NCBI GenBank assembly: GCA_965222605.1
Contig: OZ244960.1
Coordinates: 512,001 to 576,000 of the forward strand
From: Candidatus Latescibacterota bacterium
Lineage (GTDB): Bacteria; Latescibacterota; UBA2968
Length of the DNA stretch: 64,000 bases
Direction: 5' to 3'
Position numbers and translations under genes: made by a program. This document shows positions 20,150 to 30,463 of the stretch, one piece after another (within the stretch, counting starts at the first letter, position 1; each line of letters begins with the position of its first letter). The notes under the pieces were generated by a model. It was given only the letters and a program-made list of their open reading frames with translations. It did not search any database and had not been told where the DNA came from.

Positions 20150-22130
20150 CGTGCTCCTTCCATCCTGGTATCGAAATATCCATCCGCCGCGTAGGCGCGT
20201 AGATCTTATCGCCCTTATAAGGCGCGTCCTGCGTCACAATATAAATCGCGCCATCATGCACATACGTGATCTCATCCCGCGAATCTCCCACCACATCTTC
20301 CACAACCCCACCCGCCCAATCAAATGGCACACCCTCGCACACGGGTTTGATCACCTTGCGACACTGTGCATCGTAAAACCCGAATGATTCGGCACTGGTA
20401 CTGACAAACAGCAACTCCTGTCCATCGCCTACCCAGTTCACTGCCGGTCCACCCTGGCTCATGTTATCCGGCTCCATCCGAGACAGCGGATCCCCTTGAC
20501 CACTCACCAGATTCATAATCCCATAAGTTCCCCACCGATCGCCCATCCACATCTCCAACCCCGGCAAATCGGGTCTAAAATTCCCCGCGTAAATCCCCTG
20601 CACATGCCCATAGCGGTGGTGCCGCAGCAGTGTGCCATCCCGCGCATCCACCAGAAAAAATCCCGGATCGCTCCCCGCAATCCCGATCTCTGGCCCATTG
20701 CTCTCATCTCCATCCAACTCCCCAAAAGAAGCGTGGTCGATATGCCCTGCACCGCCAGAATCCTCGATGTACTCCGCACCCTCCATTGTCCAGAGATGAT
20801 TTCCATCCCCATCGTAAAGATCGTAACCGGGCAAAATTTCGTCCCGGCCATCGCCATCTACGTCGTAAAACCAGATATACATTCCGTACCACGCATTGTG
20901 CGCGTCCCGCCGCCAGCGCAAGTTCAAATTTTCGTCAAACGCCCAGATCGAATATCCGGTACCCGCGCCGTCGCCATCCCGCAAAATCAAATCCTGCGCC
21001 TTCTCCGTCTTTCTAATTTTACACGGCCAGATCACCTTGAGCGAATGCAAAAAATCTCCCATGCTCGCATTTCTGTATCCCCGATACGGCCCCGTCCGCG
21101 GCAATTCTGTTTCCGCCGTCACCTCCCCCGATTTTCCGCTCACCAGCTTTAATCGATCATCCTCAATACCGATAAAGTCTTCCACCCCATCCCCATCCAG
21201 ATCGTGTACCACAGATCGTTGCAGCCCTTTTGCTGCGGGAAAAGTCTGATCGTATTGCACTTCCCCGTCAAAATTTAAGCACACAACGCGCACCCCTTCA
21301 TCCGTCTCCTTTTGCAACACAATTTCCTTTTGCCCCGCCCCTCTAAAATCGCCGTATCGAACCTCACACGGCCAGAACTCGCCGATGTCAATCCGCTTCC
21401 ACAGCACTGGCTTTGGATACTTCTCCGCTTCCTCTGCCACCTCTTTTTGATATGCGTCCAACCGACTCGTGTATGCAGCATTGGCAGATGCACCCGTGGT
21501 GACGCGTACCGCACGCATGCGACTTCGCGTATTTGTACGCACGCCCACTTTCCCGGTTGGAAAGCGATCGTCATAAGCTACAAATGCCTGCTCGCCATTC
21601 ACATAACACGCAAACCGCTCGCCCTCACATACCACTTTTAGCGCGTAATACTGTCCCCTATCAAATCCATTGGGCAGATCCGCAAGCATCGTCCACGCCT
21701 CGTCTTCTCTCCGATAGAGCACAAACCGATCAAACCCCTCCATACAAAAATAATAATACCGCCTCAAATCCTGATACCGCACCATAATCCCCGACCGGGC
21801 GACAATCGCATGGGGATCGTCATTACCCGGCTGGGTATATGCGTTCAACTGCCGCACCTGCGCTTCCACCGTGTAATCACCCCACAGCGGCTCACCCGCC
21901 ACCAGACACCGATCCGACTTGGCAGTGTGCTCCAACACTTCTGAGTCCCCATCTTTCACCACCCGATAGTTGCTCAGCATATTCCACTTGGGGGGCGCGA
22001 CCAGCGCATTCCCCCAGCCCTTGAAATATTGCTCATCGATACTCTGATCCGGTTCTGTCTTATCCAGCACCGTCCCCAGCGGACATCCCGATAGGTCAAT
22101 CTCCGCCAGCAATCGCTCATTGTTTGCCAT
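20142..22130 (-). CDS. PL11 (rhamnogalacturonan lyase)-like beta-propeller protein with N-terminal beta-sandwich (DUF1080-like) domain
   Basis: W.DY.VEA.V...GI..RYQD..YY domain, then DVDGDGRDEI, HIDH, GHVQ...GNFRPDLPGLE; no signal peptide. Confidence 0.6.
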   Translation of the reverse strand: MANNERLLAEIDLSGCPLGTVLDKTEPDQSIDEQYFKGWGNALVAPPKWNMLSNYRVVKDGDSEVLEHTAKSDRCLVAGEPLWGDYTVEAQVRQLNAYTQPGNDDPHAIVARSGIMVRYQDLRRYYYFCMEGFDRFVLYRREDEAWTMLADLPNGFDRGQYYALKVVCEGERFACYVNGEQAFVAYDDRFPTGKVGVRTNTRSRMRAVRVTTGASANAAYTSRLDAYQKEVAEEAEKYPKPVLWKRIDIGEFWPCEVRYGDFRGAGQKEIVLQKETDEGVRVVCLNFDGEVQYDQTFPAAKGLQRSVVHDLDGDGVEDFIGIEDDRLKLVSGKSGEVTAETELPRTGPYRGYRNASMGDFLHSLKVIWPCKIRKTEKAQDLILRDGDGAGTGYSIWAFDENLNLRWRRDAHNAWYGMYIWFYDVDGDGRDEILPGYDLYDGDGNHLWTMEGAEYIEDSGGAGHIDHASFGELDGDESNGPEIGIAGSDPGFFLVDARDGTLLRHHRYGHVQGIYAGNFRPDLPGLEMWMGDRWGTYGIMNLVSGQGDPLSRMEPDNMSQGGPAVNWVGDGQELLFVSTSAESFGFYDAQCRKVIKPVCEGVPFDWAGGVVEDVVGDSRDEITYVHDGAIYIVTQDAPYKGDKIYAPTRRMDISIPGWKEHDA

Positions 22131-22204
22131 GTCTTTCTCCCTGTAAAAAAAATGGAAACTGCATCGACGCGATATATCTTATCATGCCATCAATAAACCC
22201 GAAC

Positions 22205-24151
22205 TCAAAATACATGCACTACATGCCCCTGCCCCGGAAACCAGACCAGATCTACCACAAAAGACAGCGTTACTGCCAGCGCATATCCAATCAACAGACC
22301 TGAAAAAAAAGGCTGCCATCGGCGGTACAACACCATCCCACCTCCCTTCAGGAACAACCCTTTGATCGCCCAAACAAGAAAAGCCGAAAACGCCAGTTCT
22401 CGTGTAAAATTGGTGCCGGAAATGGTCAGCCCGATCGGGTGAAGCGGCCACCTCGGAAACCGGTAACGCAAAAAACTCAGCAGTCCCATCAGCGCGGCAC
22501 CGATTCCGAACAGCATCAGTCGGATACTGTCCGTCCCCTGTGGTGTCTTCATCTTGGCAACTGCCGCATTAAAGGCCGCTTTGTTCCCACTTCGATAGGG
22601 CCACACATCAAAATGATAGGCTCCGTGAACATAGGCCAGATGAAGCGTTAACGCAAGCGATACCACGGCACTCAGCACCAGGCCAAATACCACGGCCCAG
22701 AGCAGAAGGCGTCGATTGCCACGCACAAAATCTGCCAGACGAGCTCCGTGTACCAACCCGGGCATAAACAGTCCCCGGTAGGAAATCAACGCATAGGAAA
22801 ATGCCAATGCCGTCATTGTTGCCCCCGACAGGGTACGCGTACCCAGGACAGCCATCGTAAAGGCCTGGCCGCTCAGCGGGGTGCGAACATAAATCAACCC
22901 TGTCTCCGCCACAATCTTGGCTACTCCCACATACGTCACCAGCGTTGCTAAAATACACAGAATGGCTGCGCCATAGGCCATCCCCGCCGCGTGTAGCCAC
23001 AACACCAGGTAACCCAGTCCTATAAACATCCCCCATACCGCAGCCCGATATCCCATCATCTCATCCGTATCTTCGGCGTTCCGCCCCCCCTTAAAAGCAC
23101 TGCGGAATGCGGTGTAAAAGTGCCTTCGGGCTATCCACAACCCCCAGCCCACAAATACGGTCAACGCCCCGAACCCCTCCCAGCCGGCCACTTCGTATGA
23201 CGAGCCCCAACTGTCGGAGTTCTTCAAACCAAATCCCAGTCGCCTTAAGATACCCACCTGAAATACATTCAGCACATAAAAAAACCAGACGCTGAACAAC
23301 ACTTCCAGGTTGGCAAAATACACAAACCCGATCGTAAACAGATTGAACTTGATCCGGATTCCAGGGAAATTGCGGCCCAGTGGTAGTGACGTTCCAGATC
23401 GGTAACTACCCGTGGGAAACCTGGGTACCCCAGGAGAAAAAAACGACAGGATGTTCCAGGCGATCATCCCAAATCCCGTCACTGCGCCCGCCCAGAACAA
23501 CCTTCCCCCAATCATCTGTATCCCGTGTTTTGGCGCCGAGACCAGATCTACCGCCACATTTGCCAGCGGATAGACCAATCGCTCGTGATCCACCCACTGC
23601 CGCCGCAACAAAACCGCCAGACAGATCGACACACACGCCGCTGCACCGATAAAACTCAACCACCAGAACAGTGGCAAAATCCACTCACCCCACGGCACAG
23701 CCTGTCCGGGCGGTAATCCCTCAAAAAACCATGTCATCGCCCGCCCGTCTTCCGAGGGCGCCATCCACGGTCTGATATGATTGTGCAGGTAAGGTGCCCA
23801 CCCATTCTCCGGTGTAGCAAAATAAAACGGTGCCGCAAGAATCCCCAACAAATACCCCGGCAGTCCGTCCGCCGCCGGGATCACCGCGCTGGCCAACCCC
23901 ATCGTCAACGCCACCAGCAAATCCGAACGTCCAAACGCCCACTCGGGTTTCTGCGCTTTGAGCACCGGATTCACAATCAGAGCACACAACACAAAGGGCA
24001 CAAATAGGGCCAGCGCAAAATTGCTCATGTTCAACCGGGAGGATCGCACAATAAACTCAGAATAGGTAGCCCAAACGCTCACCAGCACCACAAAAAACGC
24101 CCCCAGTACCACCGCACGAACCTTAAACCGATCGTCTCGCACCTGCCCCAT
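22205..24151 (-). CDS. DUF6785/DUF6784-type polytopic membrane protein (putative transporter)
   Basis: RRQWVDHERLVYPL, KIVAETG, WPLHPIG; many TM segments. Confidence 0.75.
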   Translation of the reverse strand: MGQVRDDRFKVRAVVLGAFFVVLVSVWATYSEFIVRSSRLNMSNFALALFVPFVLCALIVNPVLKAQKPEWAFGRSDLLVALTMGLASAVIPAADGLPGYLLGILAAPFYFATPENGWAPYLHNHIRPWMAPSEDGRAMTWFFEGLPPGQAVPWGEWILPLFWWLSFIGAAACVSICLAVLLRRQWVDHERLVYPLANVAVDLVSAPKHGIQMIGGRLFWAGAVTGFGMIAWNILSFFSPGVPRFPTGSYRSGTSLPLGRNFPGIRIKFNLFTIGFVYFANLEVLFSVWFFYVLNVFQVGILRRLGFGLKNSDSWGSSYEVAGWEGFGALTVFVGWGLWIARRHFYTAFRSAFKGGRNAEDTDEMMGYRAAVWGMFIGLGYLVLWLHAAGMAYGAAILCILATLVTYVGVAKIVAETGLIYVRTPLSGQAFTMAVLGTRTLSGATMTALAFSYALISYRGLFMPGLVHGARLADFVRGNRRLLLWAVVFGLVLSAVVSLALTLHLAYVHGAYHFDVWPYRSGNKAAFNAAVAKMKTPQGTDSIRLMLFGIGAALMGLLSFLRYRFPRWPLHPIGLTISGTNFTRELAFSAFLVWAIKGLFLKGGGMVLYRRWQPFFSGLLIGYALAVTLSFVVDLVWFPGQGHVVHVF

Positions 24152-26287
24152 TTATTTCACCTCAACGCCCCGCAACGCCTCGACACGCCAACCAAATTCC
24201 TCCTCCAATTCTTTTGTCCATCCCCGCTTTAGAAACGCAATCTGCCCCTCCCGATTGAGAAACCAGGTTGTGGGAAAGCCCTGAATACCCGCTTTATTCA
24301 CATATCCGTCATCGAGCAAAACCGGAAACGTGTAACCCTTTTCCTCCATCCACGGCGGTACTGACTCGGGATTGCGATCATTATTGATCGTCAAAATCGC
24401 CACATCTGGATCATCCTTGTAATGCTCGTACAAATTCTGAAACTCCGGCATCTCTTTCACACACCACCCACACCATATCCCCCAGAAATTGATCGCCACG
24501 ACCTTGCCCTTCAAAGAAGTTAGTGATACTTGCTTATCCTTTAATGTCTTCAAATTAAACGCAAGAGCGGATTCTGGAGCCTCGATCCGAGAAGCCAGGA
24601 CCTCCTGTTCTCTCGTTTCTCGATCCGAAGCCCTCAAAGGTTTTAAATAATCTTCGTACCCATCCAAATTCTCGTGTCGCTTCAAAAAAAGTGACTTCAG
24701 AGCCTGGTCATTGAGATTTTTACCTGACGATGGGATGGCTATACCCATTTTATAAAATATTTCCGCCTGATCTGGATTGTCCATCGCCTCATAGACCTGA
24801 CCCAAATGGTAAATCGTGTCCATCTTCTTGGGATTCAGTTCATAGGCGCGCATCAATTCTCGCGCGGCATCTTCCAAACGCCCTTCCTGAAAAAACACCC
24901 AGCCGAGGGCATCGGCCATCAACCCGGTTCTCCCTTTTATGGTCTGTTGATACTTTTCCTCTGAGTCGAAGTACTTTCTCTGGCTTTCCAGTCTTTCCTT
25001 TACTGCCGCAATACCATCCCGGGCAATCTGCTCAGCCTCTCGATAATACGATGTGCGTTCCGCCAGTATGATTGCACCCATTGGAAATGTGATGTGCAGA
25101 TTGACATTCTCATATTTAACCATACCCTGCACCACGTCCAGAATTTCTTCTGCCGATACCGCAGAATCCTCTCGAATGGCAAAGAGAAGCTCCTGATACG
25201 CATATCCCAGAAACCTTTTATCGTAGTGTCGGGGCCGCGCGATAAACGCCCTCAGAAAATTCCGAAACTCTGCCTCTTGCCCGGGGTCTTGAAAACCCTC
25301 TTCACTGGCGGCATCCCGCATCGCACGATAGCGATTCAGCAGCACCGCCTCTGCCGCCGCACTTTCGCCATAGGTACTGAGGATACGATCTCCTACCATT
25401 TTTGCCTTTTCTTTTGCTTCCAGCCTCATATAGGCACCATATAGTGTCATCAGAGTAGCCGCATCTTCCCCACCCGCGTTTATAAACACATCGGCATCAG
25501 CCTCGATCTCCGCAATTTTCTCTGCTATAGGCTTGTTTTTGAGTCGCTCAATCGCTCGCCAGAACCGCTGATGCACCTTTATGTCTGTTGGTGCCAATTG
25601 GGCCGCTTTCTGGTATAGCGGATAGGCATCATCATAACGCCCCACCAAATACAGATAATAAGCCGGTCGAAAATAGGCATTTGCATTGCCAGGATCGACT
25701 TTGCGCGCTTCTGCAAACGCCTTCAGGCAAGCCTCGAACCTTTCGTTATCTTTTCCCCTCTTAGAAGTATAGTACAGCGCATTCCCCTTAACGACCAGAA
25801 GCCTGGCTGGATTCTCGACTCGCGTTTTATACTGATCCACAAAGGCAATAGCATCCTCTTTATTGCTTCCATACAGCACATCCGCTCTTGTATTGATGAC
25901 ATCCGCATGATCGGGCAACATCTCCAGGGCTTTTTCACTGGCTGAAAGTGCCTCATCCCTGCGCTCTTTCCCGAGTCGATCAAGTGCGCTCGCAAGCGCG
26001 ATCCAGCTCCACGCGCTATTTTCATGAGACGCGACCATCTGTTCAGCGGCAACAACTGCTTCCTCTGTATTATCCACAGCCATGTGATGAATGAACCATG
26101 CACGCAGATGCAAATTGTCCGGAAATCGCTCAACCAGCTTTTTACCCTCAACATATCCATCTTTAGCATTCCGTATCATTCGCAGAGACCTCAACCTCGC
26201 AATCGCCTCTTCTGCCGTATCTTGCCCTTGAATGGGAATTGGACACACAGCAAACAACAAAAGATACAAGACCCATCGATTCCTCAT
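24152..26287 (-). CDS. Secreted TPR protein with C-terminal TlpA-like redoxin
   Basis: Signal peptide, TPRs, LKGKVVAINFWGIWCGWC..EMP, GFPTT. Confidence 0.88.
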   Translation of the reverse strand: MRNRWVLYLLLFAVCPIPIQGQDTAEEAIARLRSLRMIRNAKDGYVEGKKLVERFPDNLHLRAWFIHHMAVDNTEEAVVAAEQMVASHENSAWSWIALASALDRLGKERRDEALSASEKALEMLPDHADVINTRADVLYGSNKEDAIAFVDQYKTRVENPARLLVVKGNALYYTSKRGKDNERFEACLKAFAEARKVDPGNANAYFRPAYYLYLVGRYDDAYPLYQKAAQLAPTDIKVHQRFWRAIERLKNKPIAEKIAEIEADADVFINAGGEDAATLMTLYGAYMRLEAKEKAKMVGDRILSTYGESAAAEAVLLNRYRAMRDAASEEGFQDPGQEAEFRNFLRAFIARPRHYDKRFLGYAYQELLFAIREDSAVSAEEILDVVQGMVKYENVNLHITFPMGAIILAERTSYYREAEQIARDGIAAVKERLESQRKYFDSEEKYQQTIKGRTGLMADALGWVFFQEGRLEDAARELMRAYELNPKKMDTIYHLGQVYEAMDNPDQAEIFYKMGIAIPSSGKNLNDQALKSLFLKRHENLDGYEDYLKPLRASDRETREQEVLASRIEAPESALAFNLKTLKDKQVSLTSLKGKVVAINFWGIWCGWCVKEMPEFQNLYEHYKDDPDVAILTINNDRNPESVPPWMEEKGYTFPVLLDDGYVNKAGIQGFPTTWFLNREGQIAFLKRGWTKELEEEFGWRVEALRGVEVK

Positions 26288-26326
26288 AGCACACCTCCTT
26301 GAATGACTTCCATGACATCATCTCCG

Positions 26327-27289
26327 CTACTCGGTTTGCCTCGGCGACCAGCGAGGTGCAGAGACCTCCATATCCACAGAAACTTCATGCAAATCTGTGC
26401 CATCGGCATTTATCATCATCAACCTGTGTTCCAAACCACCCTGCCCCTCAAGGGTTCGTCGCACTTCAAAAGCAATCCTTTGACCGTCAGGAGACCAGGT
26501 AGGAGAAAAAAAAGCCACTGTGGAACTCGCTCCCCGGGTCAACTGTTGCACCCCAGTCCCATCGGAATTCATAGTATAAATCTCGCATTCTGGAAATTGG
26601 TTCCGCACTTGTGGTTGATGCCGATTTGATGCATAAGCAATACGCGTTCCGTCAGGCGACCAGGCGGGATGAATATTCTGAACACCATTGAAATCCGTCA
26701 ACCTGACCCGGTTAGAACCATCTGAAGCCATGAAAAAAATGTCGATATTGTTCCCTTGACGCGATTGAAAAGCAATTCTGCGCCCATCTGGCGACCAGGC
26801 CGGTGCCTCATCACTACTGGGAGAATTTGTCAGATTTTGTAGTCCTGTACCATCGAGGTTGACCGTGTAGATATCCCATCTATCTCTATTATCCTCTTGG
26901 GCCTGAAAAGCGATCTTTCCACCATCAGGAGACCAGGCTGGGCCGAGATCGGGACCGGGCAAATCAACCACCTTCTGTATGCCCCTATCCTCCAGATTAA
27001 AAATATAAATACCAAAATTTCCCAGTGCATCTCGGTTTGAAGCAAATACAATGCGTCGCGCATTCGGGGACCATGAGGGATTGGTATAGCTCCCCTTCTC
27101 GCTCGTAAGCCTCATCAAACCTTCGCCATCGGGACGCATCACAAAAATTTTGAATGATGTAAAATCTCCCGGTCCCACAAACGCAATGCGGCCATCAACA
27201 GTTGAATAATCAGAATCCAGCAGACCGGTATTCCCAGCGCAATGAAGCAGGAAAAAAAACAGAAGATACAATATCCACTGATTCCTCAT
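26327..27289 (-). CDS. TolB-like PD40-repeat beta-propeller (lipo)protein
   Basis: Repeated PAWSPDG..IAF motifs; LLHC near N-terminus. Confidence 0.88.
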   Translation of the reverse strand: MRNQWILYLLFFFLLHCAGNTGLLDSDYSTVDGRIAFVGPGDFTSFKIFVMRPDGEGLMRLTSEKGSYTNPSWSPNARRIVFASNRDALGNFGIYIFNLEDRGIQKVVDLPGPDLGPAWSPDGGKIAFQAQEDNRDRWDIYTVNLDGTGLQNLTNSPSSDEAPAWSPDGRRIAFQSRQGNNIDIFFMASDGSNRVRLTDFNGVQNIHPAWSPDGTRIAYASNRHQPQVRNQFPECEIYTMNSDGTGVQQLTRGASSTVAFFSPTWSPDGQRIAFEVRRTLEGQGGLEHRLMMINADGTDLHEVSVDMEVSAPRWSPRQTE

Positions 27290-27313
27290 AGCACATCTCC
27301 TGAGCGGCTGATG

Positions 27314-28618
27314 CTATGCTGGCGCGCCATATACCAGAATCTTCCGCCTGTCGTAAATCAACACCTCATCTCTTCCATCCCCATCCAGATCTAACACCAT
27401 CGCGCCATATCCAATCCCATAATCATAAGCCCGAAATCCCCGGATGCGCTGTTTGGGCTGTTTGAAATCCTCTCGAAAGGGAAATTCCATCACCCGGTTG
27501 CCATCTCCATCCATCAGAAATGGCCAGTAGAGATGTGTATCTTCAGGCTCGCTATCATAAGGCACATCTTCCTGTTGCTTCTTTAAGGCCGGGGCATAAA
27601 TCACCAGATCCAGTCCGTCATCTCGCCAGCCGCGTACAGCATGTTGCGCGTATCCCACACCGGGTTTTTGCCACAGTGCCTGTCCATCGGGCGTATAACA
27701 CGTCATCCCAATCCACTTTTCGTTCAAAATCATCGTCTGTCCATCTATATCACTGCGAAAACGCCCCACCGTCGTATTCTGCGAATGCTCGTGCGGGCGT
27801 CTCCAGATCACATCGCCCCGCGTATTCGCCACAAAAAAGTCCTTGCTTCCCGAATACGCAATCTCAATTTTCCCATCCCCATCCAGATCCACCGGATTGA
27901 TATTATCCGCATGCTCTACCGTAGCATTTTCCACTGGAATCGACCACAACAAAGTCCCGTCGTTATCCACCAGATTATACCCGATCAACATCTCATCGCA
28001 CCCATCGCCATCCACATCGATCAACACCGGTGCATGCCCTGCCCCGTGATAATGCGGCGTCATCCACAGCTCCGACAAATCGCTATCCAGAACATAAGTC
28101 GGATTGCCGTATTCATAAGGCGGATAAGCACCATCATTGACTTTCACCACGAGTTGCTGCCGCGTCGGATCACCCCTCAAACTCCCTGCCTTCACCTGGG
28201 AAAAATTATCTGCCGGTAACTTCTTCTTTGCCTGCACCTCGCCCGTTTCCCCGTCAAAAACCGTCAGCATATCCCACACTATCGAAACCACCTCCATCTT
28301 CCCATCGCCATCCACATCAGCGGTGATAAAATCATTGCCCCCATGCGCGCAGTAGGGATCTGCACCTCGATGCGGCTCCCCCACCTGCCACAGTTGATTG
28401 CCCTTCTGGTCAATCGCCGTAATACAGAACAAACGCCGTTCCTCATCCGTATTCCATCCCCGCTCAATGTAGAGATCCGACTTCAACTGTCCCGGACTCT
28501 GCCGCAACAAAAACTCCAGCTTTCCATCGCCATTCACATCTGCCACAATCATCTGCCCGCCAATACCTTCCACATCCAGTTCCCACAGCAACCGCGCATC
28601 TCTCCGTGCTTCACCCAT
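27314..28618 (-). CDS. PL11-like FG-GAP beta-propeller protein
   Basis: GAGHAPVLIDVDGDGCDE, EHAD, EHSQ...GRFR; no signal peptide. Confidence 0.6.
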   Translation of the reverse strand: MGEARRDARLLWELDVEGIGGQMIVADVNGDGKLEFLLRQSPGQLKSDLYIERGWNTDEERRLFCITAIDQKGNQLWQVGEPHRGADPYCAHGGNDFITADVDGDGKMEVVSIVWDMLTVFDGETGEVQAKKKLPADNFSQVKAGSLRGDPTRQQLVVKVNDGAYPPYEYGNPTYVLDSDLSELWMTPHYHGAGHAPVLIDVDGDGCDEMLIGYNLVDNDGTLLWSIPVENATVEHADNINPVDLDGDGKIEIAYSGSKDFFVANTRGDVIWRRPHEHSQNTTVGRFRSDIDGQTMILNEKWIGMTCYTPDGQALWQKPGVGYAQHAVRGWRDDGLDLVIYAPALKKQQEDVPYDSEPEDTHLYWPFLMDGDGNRVMEFPFREDFKQPKQRIRGFRAYDYGIGYGAMVLDLDGDGRDEVLIYDRRKILVYGAPA

Positions 28619-28680
28619 GGTTGGTCTCCTTGTGTCTTAGCGTCCCTTGTCTACGCTCTTATGTGGTTATCTCTTTTGAT

Positions 28681-28708
28681 GGGCGGGCACAGGGGCACCG
28701 CCCCTACA
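28681..28708 (-). repeat. GTAG-type REP-like palindrome
   Basis: Minus strand TGTAGGGGCGGTGCCCCTGTGCCCGCCC: GTAG tetranucleotide plus GGGCGG...CCGCCC stem, intergenic. Confidence 0.6.
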
Positions 28709-28717
28709 TTTGATTTT

Positions 28718-28751
28718 TCATCTGCGTTCATCTGCGTTCATCGGTGGTTGC
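28718..28751. repeat. Short 10-bp-periodic repeat (TCTGCGTTCA), copy 1
   Basis: TCATCTGCGTTCATCTGCGTTCATCGGTGGTTGC; related copy at 30440-30463. Confidence 0.7.
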
Positions 28752-30395
28752 GTTTTCTTCCACAACCACAACGCGATCTGCCCCAATATCTTCCAACACC
28801 TGCACGCGCCCACTCACCCAGCGCACCTCAATTCGATCCACGCGAATCGCATTGCCCAGCCCAAAATGCAACCGCAAATCGCTCGCCGACAGATAGCTCG
28901 ACTGACTCCGCACCTCGCGCACCTGGATCTTTCCCCCCGCGCTCACATGCACCACTGCCCCAATCCCATCCCTATTTGAAAACCCCTGTCTCGTCTTCTG
29001 CATACCCCCCACCAGTTTTACAACGATCCAGTGTCCCGAGTTCCCACCTTCGTTGCGGAACACCCGCGCTCGCTGCCTCGAATGCAGTACCACCAGATCC
29101 AGGTCGCCATCTCCATCCAGATCGCCAATTGCCGACCCGCGACTCACCCCCGGCACCTCAACACCCGCACTAACCACCTCAAATCGCCCATCCGCGTTGC
29201 GAAATATTTGATCCCCCTGTAAATAGGACTCAGCCTGGGAAAACGCCTTCACATTTGGGAAAATATGCCCATTTGCCACAAACAGATCCAGATCGCCATC
29301 GTTGTCATAATCGAAAAAATGAGTGCCAAATCCCAAAGGCAACAGAGACACCCCGGCAATACCCGTTGACACACTTCCCTCCATAAAAAATCCACCCGCC
29401 GCACTCTGGTATATCGCATTGGTCTCGTAGGAAAAATTCGTCACAAAAATATCTGATCGCCCGTCCCCATCTACATCCCCCACATCAACCCCCATCCCCG
29501 CCTGCGTCCGGCCTTGCGCATTAAACGCCACACCCGCCTCTACACCTGCATTCTCAAACCGCCCGCCCGCGTTGCGGTACAAAAAATTTGGCGTCGTATC
29601 ATTCGCCACATAGAGATCGGTATCCCCATCCCCATCGTAATCCAGACTCACCACCCCAAGCCCTTTGCCCGAAGAATCCGCCACACCCGCCTCAAAGGAC
29701 ACATCTGTAAATATTCCATTTCCCTCATTCCGATAAAGCAAATCCGGCGCCCCCTCAAAATAACCCGGATCGCAATACGTGCGGACACCCACCCGCTCGC
29801 AATGCGGCTCGGTTTTCACATCGTACGTCAAATAGCGCACCACATACAGATCCAGATCGCCATCCCCATCCGCATCAAAAAAGGTCGCACCAGCAGACCA
29901 TCCACCGCCCCCCACGCCTGCCTTTTTTTCCACAAACCCGCCACGACCATCATTTTGATACAGCACATTGGCATCATAACCCGTCGTATAAAGATCGAGA
30001 TCGCCATCATTGTCATAATCCCCAACCGTACACCCCATCCCATACCCCACACCTGGCGCACCCGATACAGCCGAAAAGCGAAACCCGCCATCATTTCGGT
30101 AAAGCGCGTTCTCTCCGCCCATCTGCCCGTGTTCTCCATTGACAAAATACAAATCGAGATCGCCATCCCCATCCGCATCAAACACCGCACAGCCCGACCC
30201 CATAGTTTCCAAATAATGCCAATTTCCCCGCGCGCCAGTCCGATGCACAAACGATATACCAGACGCTTCTGCGACCTCCACAAATTGCTCTGCGGCAATA
30301 GAACCCGAACATAAAAGAAAAAAAAGAATACCGATAGCTCTAATCACTAATATTCCCATCCAAGTACTACACCGTTTCATTGATGAACGGCTCAC
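28728..30395 (-). CDS. CRTAC1/ASPIC-UnbV family protein
   Basis: ETMGSG, DADGDGDLDLY repeats, AGMGVD, NRDGIGA...LHFGLG; true start may be slightly downstream. Confidence 0.9.
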   Translation of the reverse strand: MSRSSMKRCSTWMGILVIRAIGILFFLLCSGSIAAEQFVEVAEASGISFVHRTGARGNWHYLETMGSGCAVFDADGDGDLDLYFVNGEHGQMGGENALYRNDGGFRFSAVSGAPGVGYGMGCTVGDYDNDGDLDLYTTGYDANVLYQNDGRGGFVEKKAGVGGGGWSAGATFFDADGDGDLDLYVVRYLTYDVKTEPHCERVGVRTYCDPGYFEGAPDLLYRNEGNGIFTDVSFEAGVADSSGKGLGVVSLDYDGDGDTDLYVANDTTPNFLYRNAGGRFENAGVEAGVAFNAQGRTQAGMGVDVGDVDGDGRSDIFVTNFSYETNAIYQSAAGGFFMEGSVSTGIAGVSLLPLGFGTHFFDYDNDGDLDLFVANGHIFPNVKAFSQAESYLQGDQIFRNADGRFEVVSAGVEVPGVSRGSAIGDLDGDGDLDLVVLHSRQRARVFRNEGGNSGHWIVVKLVGGMQKTRQGFSNRDGIGAVVHVSAGGKIQVREVRSQSSYLSASDLRLHFGLGNAIRVDRIEVRWVSGRVQVLEDIGADRVVVVEENATTDERR

Positions 30396-30439
30396 GCCGT
30401 TGCCGTTCCGCTATTCAATTTGCGAAAGTATAGGCACGC

Positions 30440-30463
30440 CTATCTGTGTTCATCTGTGGTTGC
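30440..30463. repeat. Short repeat, copy 2 (CTATCTGTGTTCATCTGTGGTTGC)
   Basis: Close match to 28728-28751; encodes ATTDEHR*. Confidence 0.65.

Noticed and set aside
30385-30415. Small hairpin AACGGCTCACGCCGTT in an intergenic spacer
   Set aside because: Single short copy; could be a REP remnant but cannot be assigned to any RNA family by eye
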